Program-made: the position numbers and the translations under genes
Assembly (NCBI RefSeq): GCF_006345805.1
Contig: NC_043011.1
Span: forward strand, 7,688,001-7,752,000
Direction: 5' to 3'
Length of the DNA stretch: 64,000 nucleotides
Source of the DNA: Octopus sinensis
Taxonomy: Eukaryota
Shown here: piece after piece, positions 1 through 12,267 of the stretch
Position numbering within the stretch: the stretch's first letter is position 1
Layout: each line of letters begins with the position of its first letter
The notes under the pieces: generated by a model
Database searches by the model: none
Seen by the model: the letters and a program-made list of their open reading frames with translations, nothing else
Told to the model about the DNA's origin: nothing

Positions 1-340
1 GCTGAGTCTTTTTATCTCTCGAGAGTAGAGGTGGATCACAGAATAAGTAGCAGTCAAGTACTGGGGCCAATATGAACATCAGTCTTTAAGATATCAATGT
101 AGTAAACCAGAATATGACTTTTTGTTTATGAGTCAAATTTCAACTAGGATCGTCATTACTTTTTATTCTTCCAGGGACGGGCCGGGGTTGGGTGGAATAA
201 AGAATAAGTGAATTACTGGTGAACCGAGCACCCTAACCACTAGACTATGAGTTACCTTCATCATGATATGCAGGTGTTTTAATAAATCTTCGGTGATTGA
301 AATACGTTTATTTTTTAAAAAGAGCAGAATCCGAAACTCT

Positions 341-545
341 CTCCTTTCTACAATAGGCACAAGGTCTGAAATTTTGCGGGATGGAGTAAGTCGATTATAT
401 TAACCCCAGTATTCAACTGGTACTTATTTTTATCGACCCCGAATGGGATGAAAAGCAAGGTCGACCTTGGCGGAATTTGAACTCAAAACGTAAAGGCGAA
501 CGAAATGACGTTTTGCATTTCATCCGGCGTGTCAAACTCGACGCC
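341..545 (-). mobile_element. SINE family A (tRNA-derived head), diverged copy
   Basis: Reverse complement contains GAGTTCAAATTCCGCC (B box) followed by GACCTTGCTTTTCATCCC...GGGGTCGATAAAAATAAGTACCAG and the 'ccttgtgcctattgtagaaagg' type tail. Confidence 0.85.
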
Positions 546-580
546 TTAGGCTACTAACAAAATATTGTTTTAAATTTTAG

Positions 581-759
581 AATAAGGCCAGCATTTCGGG
601 ATTAAGGGTAAATTGATTACATCGATCCCCAGTGTTCGACCCCAAAAGGGATAAAAGGCAAAGTCGACCCCGGGGGAATTTGAACTCAGAAAGTAGAGAC
701 GGACGAAAGGCCGGTAAGCATTTTGTCCGGCGTGCCAACGATTCTTCCATCTCGTCACC
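581..759 (-). mobile_element. SINE family A, diverged copy
   Basis: Reverse complement matches the family A head (gaatcgttggcacgccggacaaaatgcttac...ctgagttcaaattcc) and core. Confidence 0.85.
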
Positions 760-1435
760 TTAGTCCACCGGCAAAATATTAAATATCCATTAAATTCATT
801 AACTCATTGCTTAACATTTAATTTTCCGTATTTCGCATTAAAGGAAAATAAATATTTTTGTTATTAATAAATAAATAATGTCGATAAATCAATACGAATG
901 CCAATATCGATAAATCTAGACAAATGCTAATATCGATAATGTGCTGCTTATAACATTCAAAATGTTATAGGAAGGGCAAAGTTAAAAAGTTAGATACGGA
1001 AGATATTAAAATGAAATTAATGATTAATTTCCCAGCTCCAATCTAGCGCTGCAATTTCTCTTGATTAAATCGGGTTTATTTACTTATTATGGTGTGTGCG
1101 GTTACAGCTGGGGATGACTCACTGATGTGTCAGACTAATGACTGATGAGAGATTGACGGTTTGTATCATTCAATACTCGCTGGCTATAGCTACATGACTG
1201 CAAAAAGATACTGCGAATTGAAAGAGGCACCGAAATGGATCAGATTAATCTTTCCATGACTTTTAGGGATCCAACAGGTTGCAAAGTTTCGTGTAGCTTA
1301 AAAGGAGATTATCATCGTCTCTGGAAAGAACAATAATCTACTACAGTTAACCTTTAAATCTGATTATTCTAGCAAATGTAATACTTATTTATTCGCATTG
1401 TTTTGAATTAATTATGCATTATTTCTTAGCTTTAA

Positions 1436-1831
1436 GGCGGCGAGCTGGCAGAATCGTTAGCACGTCGGTCGAAATGCTTAGCTGTAATTCGTCTGCCGTT
1501 ACGTTCTGAGTTCAAATTCCACCGAGGTCGACTTTGCCTTTCATCCTTTCAAGGTCGATAAATTAAGTACCAGTTGAGCACTGGGGTCAATGTAACCGAC
1601 TTAATCCGTTTGTCTGTCCTTGTTTGTCCTCTCTGTGTTTTGCCCCTTGTGGGTAATAAAGAAATAGGTATTTCACCTGTCTTTATGTTCTGAGTTCAAA
1701 TTCCGCCGAGGTCGACTTTGCCTTTCATCCTTTCAAGGTTGATAAACTAAGTACCAGGTGTATACTGGAGTCGATCTAATCGACTGGCTCCCTCCTCTAA
1801 AATTTCGAGCCTTGTGCCTAGAGTAGAAAAG
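1436..1831 (+). mobile_element. SINE family A dimer
   Basis: GGCGGCGAGCTGGCAGAATCG (A-box-like) and GAGTTCAAATTCC (B box). Second unit starts at 1667 (ggtatttc). Degenerate 18-bp TSD at 1418-1435 and 1832-1849 (15/18 identical). Confidence 0.9.
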
Positions 1832-2959
1832 ATTATTTCTTACCTCTGAGATTTTTTTTTTCGTAATTATTTTTAGAATGACATTGTAGGATCGGTTTGA
1901 GAGGCCGGATCTGACTGGTTCGAACGTAAAATGTTAGAATGCTGACCGGACAGCTAAGTGAATAGAAAGTGGCGTCGTTCCAAAGATAAACGAAGCAAAC
2001 ACTTACTTAAGCTAGAAGCCAAATGCCGTGTTTCTTGAAGCTTTCGTCTTCTACTTAGATATGGGCAGACCGAAGAAAGGTAGAGTAGAGTTCCGGCTGG
2101 ATTTGATTCAATGAATTTCAGAAGACATAATTTATTATTTCACATGCAACTGGGGTCTTAAACCGAAACGGTTAGGACATTCAGAAAGGCGCAGGTGGAA
2201 AATGCAGGTAATAGTATAAAATATGGCAATAGAAGAGTTTCGATCTGGATGCGACCTGAACTCCTTTCGAATGTAAGGAGTTAAAGGCCGGAACACTTGC
2301 AAGAAGAGGCCTTCTCTGAAGACCTTCCGTTGTTCAGTTCTTCCCTAAAGATTCTAATTACTGACTGTGCGAGTAAGAATGAAGTGCATCACGTGATAAT
2401 TTAACCGTCGAATTTAATTAGCTTATTCAGACGCGATAATTAGTCAGTTTTTTTAATTTAATTTTATTTTATCTAGTTTCAGCTCACGAGCTGTGGCCAT
2501 GCTGGGGCACCGCCATTTAAGGCAAATAAAATTGACATACATTGAAGATTTCATAAATTCCATTGACTTAACCAATCAAAACATATGACTGGTATTTTTA
2601 TCGATTTTATCGATTCCGGAAAGATGTAAATGCAAAAGAAATGTAAAGTGAACATCTAAATATAAAGGGACATAACCAAATATCAAAACAATTTAGTTCG
2701 GCGCTCTATGCGTTTAGTTCTATGACTAGATTACTGCTCCTAAACAATAATGAAATAAATATTTTCTTTTCTTTTAAGAATTACCAAAAACAAAATAAAA
2801 AGGAACAACAACAAAAAAAAGCAAAGGAGAAAATGAAATTTGGAGGTAAGTAATAAAACTTGTTAAATTCTAAAGAATGTTTTTTTTACGTAAGGATAAA
2901 ATGTTTTAAAGAAATAAAATTCGATTTAACTGTTATGTACTTATATCAGCCATTACCGC

Positions 2960-2993
<34 letters not shown>

Positions 2994-2999
2994 ATTATA

Positions 3000-3438
3000 C
3001 AGGGTGGCCATAAAGTCATGCACCATCCTGCAATATGTGAAATTGCTAACGTTCTCTGTTTGATCTATTTTCCCAAACTCACAAACCGATCCTCATTGGA
3101 TGGAGGGAGATTATCAACAAGCCAGGGACAAGTTAATGGTGTGGTGTGCGATTTGGCACAGTCAAGTAATTAAACCATTTTACTTCGCGAGCTCTGTGGC
3201 AGGTGATTCGTATCCGGATATGCTTGGCAACAAGATGATGCCTCACGTGAGCATTCACTTGGAAAGGGAAATCCCGTCTGGTTCCAGCAGGATGGGGCTC
3301 TGCCCCCATTATGCATCACAGGTTCGGGATTTTTTGAATGAGCATTTTCCAGGGAGATGGTTCGGGCATCGCAGGGCATTTGAATGGGCACCACGATCAC
3401 CAGATTTAACTCCCATGGACTTTTTCTTCTGGGGCTAC
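3000..3438 (+). mobile_element. Tc1/mariner transposase relic, rosa/DD41D-type, frameshifted and truncated
   Basis: TA|CAGGGTGG terminus at 2998-3007. Translation VWCAIW...PFYF, then FQQDGALPH (1-nt frameshift near 3305) ...WAPRSPDLTPMDFFFWGY; 41 residues between the second and third catalytic D. Confidence 0.85.
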
Positions 3439-3457
3439 ACACATATATACACACAAG

Positions 3458-3504
<47 letters not shown>

Positions 3505-3907
3505 ACCCCATGTACTGATATTGTATGATTGTCGTTCTTTAGGATTCTAATTCTGGTAAAGCTTAGACTTATTTATGGAGGTTTTGTCACATCTATCTGT
3601 CATAGAAGAATACATATCCAAAGTAATCCAGGGGATAATCCAGTGTAGAGTTCAAAGCTGGAGATCCGCGGTCTAATCCAGAGGAAGTTCGCCTAAGCGT
3701 TAAATATGTGGCATAAATAAAATAAATAAATAAATAATAATAATAATAATAATAATAATTATAAATACCAGAAAAGAATCAAATTTTAAGTGCAAAGTTT
3801 ATACTGAAATCCGTTGATTATTTCAGGAATAATCTTAATTTATCTACCGAGGTGTCAGAGCATCCGATTCGTTGCTTCACTATCTTTGCAACATCTTTAC
3901 TTGCAAA

Positions 3908-4162
3908 GGAAAGATTGTTTGCCAAAATAACATGGCAGTCCTGGTTTAGGACGAATGTTGCTGTAATTTAACCCCAGGAGACTTCGTCTCCAGCTGGCTA
4001 TACGACACGATCTGTATCCTTATATTTGCTAGATTCCCTTGTTCGAAAATATAAGGACACAGATTGTGTCTAATAGCCAGCTGGAGACGATGTTGCTAAA
4101 TTACAGCAACATTCGTCCTAAACCAGGACTGCCATGTTATGTTGGCAAACAATCTTTACTCC
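3908..4162. mobile_element. Fold-back MITE (about 60-bp TIRs plus internal inverted repeat)
   Basis: aaagattgtttgccaa(a/c)ataacatggcagtcctggtttaggacgaatgttgctgtaattta is matched by its reverse complement at the right end; inner cgtctccagctggcta...tagccagctggagacg; second copy at 49756-49900. Confidence 0.85.
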
Positions 4163-4410
4163 AAAGAATTGTTGCTGAATATCTCACGTTGTGAGATTTA
4201 AAAATAGTAATTTTCTTAACTCTACTTGCAGTTCGAACCCCGTTCGCTTCGCCACCAATTCTTCTTCCTTCACAGTAAGTACGAGTTAATGTAGCATTGT
4301 ATTCCGTCTGTTCTGTACTTTTTGTATACAATGTGTGGCGTTCATTCTTTAACAAGAAGACAAAAATTTAGTTTGCGAGAATCTTCATGTAAAGTCATGC
4401 GTTGAAACAG

Positions 4411-4782
4411 ATCTTGGGAGGGTCATCATGCCAATAATATATCCACACGCGCTGGCTCTATTTCCCTTTTATTATTATTCGTTAATTAATTAACATTTAA
4501 GTAATTAACTAATAGATTGTTTGGTTAATCAATTAATCAGCTAGGTTTGTCAAAGTCTTGGAGACAGAAAGACAGACCTGAAGCAGATCTGGAGACGAGA
4601 GAGGACACGTTATTGAAGGCCGTGAATGCCGACAAAAGGATTTTGAAAAATCTAACAGTTTGGTTGATTGACCCAACTTTTAATTAAACAAATGATTAAC
4701 TAACTGGTTAAAGGCTAACGAATAAACGAAGTGAAATAGAATCGGTGTATTTTTATTATTGGCATAACGACCCGCCTAAGAT
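4411..4782. mobile_element. Non-autonomous TIR element (about 29-bp TIRs)
   Basis: Left end atcttgggagggtcatcatgccaataata vs reverse complement of right end atcttaggcgggtcgttatgccaataata. Confidence 0.6.
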
Positions 4783-4804
4783 ACACCAAAATTTGTTCCT
4801 CTAG

Positions 4805-5060
4805 CTTTGTGAGTGAATTTGGAAGACAGAAACTGAAAGAAGCCCGTCGTATACATATGTACATCTATGCGTGGATGTGTATCTGTGTCTGCCCATCAGC
4901 ACCGTTCGACAACCAGTGTTGGTGTGTTTACGTCCCCGTAACCTAGTAAATAAGTACCAGGCTTTAAAAAAGGAGTAGGGTCGATTCGTTTGACTGAAAT
5001 TCTTCGAGGAGGTGCTCCAGCATGGCCGCTGTCTAATGACTGAAACAAATAAAAGAAAAA
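4805..5060 (+). mobile_element. SINE family B, partial
   Basis: gaaactgaaagaagcccgtcgtat, a simple repeat, gtgtttacgtccccgtaac, and the ggtgctccagcatggccgc...gactgaaacaaataaaag tail. Confidence 0.85.
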
Positions 5061-5239
5061 AGATTCATTCTGCCATTTTGTATAAGCACCAAGAAATTTG
5101 CTAAAATGTGAAATGAAATTATTGCCTGTGTGTTACATTCCTTGATATTACACCAGGGTGGCAAGTATATACTTGCAAAGTAACTCGTCATATGACGGGT
5201 AACTTCGGAACCATACTTTTACCATTATGGGTTATTTTT

Positions 5240-5625
5240 TTTATCTTGTTTCAGTCATTAGAAGAATTTAGTCGAATGAATCGACCCCTAGTATTTAATA
5301 TTTTTATTTTATTTATTATTATTTTTTTGTAGAGCTTGCTACTTATCCTATCGGATGTCTTTTGCCGAACCGCTAAGTCACGGTGATGTAAACATACTAA
5401 AACCGGTTATCAAGCGGTGATGGAACACACACACACACACACACACACCTACACACATGTGTGTATACCACGGGCTTCTTTCAGTTTCCGTCTACCAAAT
5501 CCACTCACAAGGCTTTGGTCGGTCCGAGGCTATTGTAGAAGACATTTGCCCAAAATGCCACGCAGTGGGACTGAACCCAGAACCATGTGGTTGGTAAACA
5601 AGCTTCTTACCACACAGCCACGCCT
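5240..5625 (-). mobile_element. SINE family B (tRNA head, CORE-like ttgggcaa-tgtctt segment, internal microsatellite)
   Basis: Reverse complement: ggctgtgtggtaagaagcttg...gggttcagtcccactgcgtggcattttgggcaaatgtctt. Confidence 0.85.
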
Positions 5626-6029
5626 GCGTCTCTTGTATGTATGCCTTATTTCCTGATATTAGCCATGGGGGCAAAACAGATCCCCAAAAGTTACCCCGTC
5701 ATATGGCATCTAAACACTAGGTCTTAAAATTTTAATCAAAATATCTAGCCAAAAATGTTTTCTTTAATAAAAAAAAAAAGAAAAAAACCTCTTCTCTTTT
5801 CTTTTAAAATATATTTTACAGATATTTGAATGGAAAATTATTTGATGGAGCAATATCTGTGGAATGTGGAATTTGACGAAGAATTTCTAGAAGAATTTCA
5901 TTTCATTTAGCTGAGAACTATAGAAATGGCACAAAGACAACGGTTGTTGAAAGGAGAATGAATTTCTCTTTACTCTCAACAGTGTTGGTTTGGTTCTCTC
6001 TTTTTAATGTCCTATTGTAGTTGGTGTTG

Positions 6030-6470
6030 TTAGTGTTGTTGCTTAGCTCCAGGTTAGCTTTCATTGGACTGATCTAATTTCAGCAGACGTTCTAGCCATG
6101 GCTGTCTGTATTTTCCTTCAGTCACCCTAGATCGTATGCCCTTTTCCTAACAAAGCAGTTGGTGCGTAATTGTAGAGTAATTTGCTTGCTACTTCTAGCA
6201 AGTCGAACAGCCACATATAAATTATCTGAATGTCTCCTGCCATGTTTAATATCGTTGTTTTTGTTCAGCCCTAAATCAGCCCCGACTGAGCAGATCTACA
6301 AGCGAACCAATTCCAGCTGTGACCTTCGTGACATCTTAAGGTTTGCAGGATAACTTTTTTCTGATATGTCACTCCGTCATTTGAAGATGACAGAGTGCAA
6401 TTTGAGGGAGATTGGCTCCTATTTCTGGTAGGCAGAGTGGCTACATTGAGGCTCCTTCATTGACTCCTGC
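6030..6470 (+). repeat. Unclassified dispersed repeat family E
   Basis: Motifs tgttgcttagc-ccaggt...gccatg..., gtgcaatttgagggagattggct-ctatttct. Similar diverged copies near 13570, 14500, 22030, 23450(-), 32100(-), 39560, 40480, 44200(-), 50200, 52215. Confidence 0.6.
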
Positions 6471-6702
6471 TGTGTTTTATCGAGTCTGTGTAAGCCTGGG
6501 TCACTTTAATGAGTGTCACCAAATAACTAAATGATACAAACTCAACTACAAAGTTCAAACTTTATTTAGAAAAAATTTTGAATACAATTAATTTAATAAA
6601 TAGAACAAACAAATTTAGTGTATTAAAGCAACACTATATATGTGTGTCAACAGTTAAGAGAAAGCATTTAAAATAAATACAGAAGGGGGCATGCCTTCTC
6701 TA

Positions 6703-7290
6703 TGTGCGACAATCTGGCAGAATCGTTTGAGTATCGGACAGAATACTATGCAGTATTTTTCCGGATCTTTACATACCGAGTTCAAATGCCACCAGAGTTG
6801 ACGTTGCCTTTCATCGTTCAATATAACTAAATACTCATCAGATATTGGGGGGTAGGGTTCGATGTAATCGACTAATAGACTAAGACCTCCTTCCGATCTT
6901 CTGGCTTGTGGTTATATAATCCTTTCTACTATGGGCACAAGGCCTGAAATTTGGGGGAGGGGGATAGTCAGTTAAATTGAACCCAGTACTCAACTATTAC
7001 TTGATTTATCGATCCCGTAAGGATGAAAGGCAAAAATCAACCACGGTGGAATTTGAACTCAGAACGTAGCGACAGATTTGTGGTTATATAATAAATTGTA
7101 AAAGCAGAGGACGGCAAAATCGGCAGAGCATCAGACAAACTACTTTGTGACATTTGTTCTGATTTCAAATCCGACCCAAGTCAGCTTTGCTTTTCGTCCT
7201 TTCGGAGTCGATAAAATGCAGTAGAAGTCAATACAATCGACTTAAATCTCTCCTAAAATTGCTGGCTTTATACCAAAATTCGGAACCATT
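6703..7290. mobile_element. Cluster of three degenerate family A SINEs (+ 6703-6905, - 6921-7078, + 7108-7290)
   Basis: Repeated gagttcaaat / gcctttcatc / gtcgata motifs in alternating orientation. Confidence 0.7.
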
Positions 7291-7396
7291 ATTACAGGCA
7301 AGATGATGGATTAATAGAATCGATAGCTCGTCGAACACGGAAATACATAAATGTATTGCATGTGTGCGTGTTTTACTAATGATATATGATAATTAA

Positions 7397-7610
7397 TGCG
7401 ACGAGCTGGCAGAAACGTTAGCACGCCGGGCGAAATGCTTAGCGATGTTTCGTCTGTCTTTACGTTCTGAGTTTAAATTCCACATGGTCGACTTTGCCTT
7501 TCATCCTTTCTGGGTCGATAAATTAAGTACCAGTTGCGTAGTGGGGTCTATCTAATCGACTGGCCCCCTTCCCCAAAATTTCGGGCCTTGTGCCTAGAGT
7601 AGAAAAGAAT
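7397..7610 (+). mobile_element. SINE family A monomer with 'ccttgtgcctagagtagaaaagaat' tail
   Basis: Full head and core; flanks atatat(g/a)ataatta resemble a TSD. Confidence 0.9.
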
Positions 7611-7861
7611 AATATATAATAATTATTTAATATATGATAGATTCCTAGCTGTAAATTAACTTACATTTGTTTGCCTTGTATTCAGATATAATTTGAATAC
7701 AATGACTGTCATATTTTAAATATGAAATGTTATTCTTTTCCAGATTTGTGTATTTAATACAGCCAACCTCCCAGATTGAAATTTCTCTGCTTTTAACTGG
7801 ATAAATACATCAATAATAATATTGACTCCAAATTTCGCCAAGAGTCAGTTTGAATTGTAGG

Positions 7862-7888
7862 AAAGTGTGAGCAAGAGAGAGGGAGAGG

Positions 7889-7920
<32 letters not shown>

Positions 7921-8545
7921 GAACGAGTTTGAGAGAGTGAGTGAGTGAGCGAGTGAAGGGGTGTGAGAGAATGAGTGAGTGAGCGTGTGAAGAAGTGTGA
8001 AAGAGTGTGATTGAGTGACCGAGTGAGGCAGTATGAGTGATTGAGTGAGTAAGTGAGTGAGTGAGTGAGTGAGTGAGGGAATGTGAAAGAGTGAGTGATT
8101 GAGTGAGTGAGTGAGTGAGTGAAGGAGTATGAGTGATTGAGTGAGCGAGTGTGGGAGTGGAAAAGAGTGAGGGAACGAGCGAGTAAGGGAGTGTGCGTGA
8201 GTGAGACAGATTGTGAGTGAGTGCGAGAGAGAGACCGAGTGAGTGATAGTGTGAACGAGACAGAGCGAACGAGTGTGTGAGTGATAGCGAACGAATGTGT
8301 GAGTGAGAGCGAGCGAGTGAGTGTAAGGGTGAGAGCAAACGAGGGAGAGTGAGCGAATGAGAGGGAACGAGTTAGTGCGTGAATGAGTGAGACAAAACGA
8401 GTGAGCGAGAGTGAGTGAATGAGTGAGAGAGAGAAAGAGAGAGAGAGAGAGAGAAAAAGATTGAGAGAGGGCGAAAAAGAGTGAGAGCGAGAGATAGCGA
8501 GAGTGAGTGTGAGAGAGAGTGAGCGTATGAGAAAGTGTAAGAGCG
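7862..8545. repeat. Degenerate (GA)n/(GAGT)n tract
   Basis: Directly visible. Confidence 0.9.
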
Positions 8546-8549
8546 ATGG

Positions 8550-9890
8550 CGTGTGCATGTGTGAGTGTGTGCATGTGTGAGTGTGTGCATGTGTGAGTGT
8601 GTGCATGTGTGAGTGTGTGCATGTGTGAGTGTGTGCATGTGTGAGTGTGTGCCTGTGTGAGTGTGTGCATTTGTGAGTGTGTGCATGTGTGAGTGTGTGC
8701 ATTGTGAGTGTGTGCATGTGTAAGTGTGTGCATGTGTGCATGTGTAAGTATGTGCATGTGTAAGTATGTGCATGTGTGAGTGTGTGCATGTGTGAGTGTG
8801 TGCAGTGTGAGTGTGTGCATTTGTGAGTGTGCATGTGAGGTGTGCATGTGGTGAGTGTGTGCATGTGTGAGTGTGTGCATGTGTAAGTGTGTGCATGTGT
8901 AAGTATGTGCATGTGTAAGTATGTGCATGTGTGAGTGTGTGCATGTGTGAGTGTGTGCATATTTGAGTGTGTGCATGTGTGAGTGTGTACATGTGTGAGT
9001 GTGTGCATTTGTGAGTGTGTGCATTTGTGAGTGTGTGCATGTGTGAGTGTGTGCATGTGTAAGTGTGTGCATGTGTGAGTGTGCATGTGTGAGTGTGTGC
9101 ATGTGTAAGTGTGTGCATGTGTGAGTGTGTGCATGTGTGAGTGTGTGCATGTGTGAGTGTGTGCATGTGTGAGTGTGTGTATTTGGGAGTGTGTGCATAT
9201 TTGAGTGTGTGCATGTGTGAGTGTGTGCATGTGTGAGTGTGTGCATGTGTGAGTGTGTGCCTGTGTGAGTGTGTGCATGTGTGAGTGTGTGCATGTGTGA
9301 GTGTGTGCATGTGTGAGTGTGTGCATGTGTGAGTGTGTGCATGTGTAAGTGTGTGCATGTGTGCATGTGTGAGTGTGTGCATGTGTGAGTGTGTGCATGT
9401 GTGAGTGTGTGCATGTGTGAGTGTATGCATGTGTGAGTGTGCATGGATGTGGTGAGTGTATGCATGTGTGAGTGTGTGCATGTGTGAGTGTGTGTGCATG
9501 TGTGAGTGTGTGCATGTGTGAGTGTGTGCATGTGTGAGTGTGTGCATGTGAGTGTGTGCATGTGTGAGTGTATGCATGTGTGAGTGTGTGCATGTGTAAG
9601 TGTGTGCATGTGTGCATGTGTGAGTGTGTGCATGTGTGAGTGTGTGCATGTGTGAGTGTGTACATGTGTGAGTGTGTGCATGTGTGAGTGTGTACATGTG
9701 TGAGTGTGTGCATGTGTGAGTGTGTGCATGTGTGAGTGTGTACATGTGTGAGTGTGTGCATGTGTGAGTGTGTACATGTGTGAGTGTGTGCATGTGTGAG
9801 TGTGTGCATGTATGCATGTGTGCAATTGTGCATGTCTGAGTGTGTGCATGTGTGAGTGTGTGCATGTGTGAGTGTGTGCCTGTATGCATG
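8550..9890. repeat. 16-bp minisatellite TGTGTGCATGTGTGAG, about 1.3 kb
   Basis: Dozens of tandem units with recurring variants (…TAAG, …TACAT, …CATT); source of the spurious His/Thr ORFs. Confidence 0.95.
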
Positions 9891-9929
9891 CGTTATCGTA
9901 TTTACAAATATGCACATCATTAGCGAACA

Positions 9930-10250
9930 GGTAATGAAGAGGCGAGTAGTTGTGCCCTGAGAAAAACACAGGGATAAGGCTCATGAGAGGAAGCTTGCTA
10001 AATACGAGGAACGGGCAGAGTAGAGCAGAAATCAGGGCAGGCGGCAGGCAAAACGCGGGAAACTTGAAGCGGATCTCCGAGCTTTCTGGAAGGTTCGTTC
10101 TGAAAAGCTCTGACCGGGCTCAGAGTTACTGGTGCAACAAAAAAACCTGACCGATAATCCCATTACTGGTGCTGCAGGAGAAGCTACAAAGTGGCTTTGG
10201 ATGAAGAGAACAGAGAGGGAGTTGGCTGGTGCTAATGGGTTGGGGGCTGG
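9930..10250 (+). mobile_element. HERO-like (RLE-type non-LTR retrotransposon) C-terminal relic
   Basis: VP*EKHRDKAHERKLAKYEERAE*SRNQG (from 9952) ... ITGAAGEATKWLWMKR. Resembles the recalled HERO-type motif VPWE..AxERKxxKY....AAExAxxWLWxKR. Confidence 0.7.
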
Positions 10251-10596
10251 GATTTGAACAATCCCAACTAAAAAAATATGGGAATCTCAGAGCGTTCGTG
10301 AACTGTCTCTGAATTTTGTGTGTGTGTGTGCATGTGTGTGTGGTGTGTGTGTGTGTGTGTGTGCGTGTGTGTGTGTGTGTGTGTGAAGTTACGCTACAAA
10401 GAGTAATGTACACGAACCACATGGAAATATATAGATAAAACAAAAATACTCCAGAAACGGGCTTGCATAAATTTGATCTCTTCGTCAGCTGTCAATTGAA
10501 AATCATTATAGTTTCTGTCAGGTTAATGCTCGTGCGTTTGAACCATGTTTTCGTTCTTCCACTTTACTTCCTTGTTGATCGCTTTTACTTTCATTT

Positions 10597-10631
<35 letters not shown>

Positions 10632-10924
10632 GTGTGTGTGTATGTATGTATGTATGTATGTATGTATATATGTATGTAACAGGCAAAATTTAAATGAACA
10701 CAGAACAGAAAACAAATTATTGATACTTCAGGTATTTTATTAGGTTCATAGTAATTTTGTTTACTGTTTATCTTTGTTCATTTCAACTAATATGTGGCCC
10801 TTGTTACCCCGTTATAGACCGACTCCGTATGAATGATGTTTTATAGACTGTCTTATATGAGAATGAAAGATGAAGGTCGGCGAAAATTGAGCCTTACTTC
10901 CTATAGTAACATGTAGCATTTCAA

Positions 10925-10993
10925 CAAGTGTATGTGTATGAGCATATATACATATATACATATACATATATATATATATATATGTATATATAC

Positions 10994-11068
<75 letters not shown>

Positions 11069-11678
11069 ATACATACATATATATACATATATCTATATAT
11101 ATACATACATATATATATACATATATATATATATAATACATACATATATATAATACATATATATATATACATATATATATACATATATATATATATACAT
11201 ATATATATACACATATATACATGTATATATATATATACATATATATATATACATATATATACATATATATATACATATATACAATATTATATATATACAT
11301 ATATACTACAATATATACAATATATATACATACAATATATATATATATAGATATATGTATATATATATATGTATATATATATGTATATATATGTATATAT
11401 ATATATATATGTATATATATATAGACATGTATATTATGTGTATATATATATGTATATATATATATATATGTATATATATATGTATATATATATGTATATA
11501 TATATATATGTATATATATATGTATGTATGTATCTATATATATATATATGTATATATATATATGTATGTTATATATATATATATATATGTATAATATATG
11601 TATATATATATATATATATATAAAAGAGTATATAACATAATATATATATGATATTATATTGTATATATATATATGTTA

Positions 11679-11721
<43 letters not shown>

Positions 11722-11910
11722 TGTATATTGTATATGTGTATATATATATATGTATATATATCTATATGTATATATATATATATGTATATATATATGTACA
11801 TATATATATGTATATATATATATATTGTATATATATATGTATATATATATAATATGTATATATATATGTATATATATATGTATATATCTATATGTATATA
11901 TATATGTATA

Positions 11911-11962
<52 letters not shown>
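10925..11962. repeat. About 1-kb imperfect (TA)n microsatellite ending in (TG)n
   Basis: Directly visible. Confidence 0.95.
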
Positions 11963-11964
<2 letters not shown>

Positions 11965-12024
11965 AGCGGCATTTCGTCCGTCTTATTTCGGGTAACTCTT
12001 TTTCAATATTTAGATAGTTTTTAA

Positions 12025-12219
12025 GGTAGCGAGCTGGCAGAAACGTTACCACGCCGGGCATAATGCTTAGCGTATTTTGTCTGTTTTTATGTTCTGAGTT
12101 TAAATTCCACTGAGGTCGACTTTGCCTTTTATTCTTTTGAGGTCGATAAAGTAAGTACCAGCTGAGCAACGGGGTCGATTTAATCCTGAAATTGCTGGTC
12201 TTATACCAAATTTTCAAAC

Positions 12220-12220
<1 letters not shown>
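12025..12220 (+). mobile_element. SINE family A, diverged
   Basis: ggtagcgagctggcagaaacg...gagtttaaattcc...gcctttt. Confidence 0.85.

Positions 12221-12267
<47 letters not shown>

Noticed and set aside
1436-1520. tRNA-like sequences with A/B boxes (many places)
   Set aside because: They are SINE heads continuing into SINE bodies; no complete cloverleaf.
7793-9984. Long ORFs (up to 724 aa, His/Thr-rich)
   Set aside because: They are translations of a 16-bp minisatellite and GAGT repeats, open in several frames because the unit lacks stops.
10921-11972. Numerous Tyr/Ile ORFs here and at 28.8k, 31k, 54-56k and 58-59k
   Set aside because: (TA)n microsatellite artefacts.
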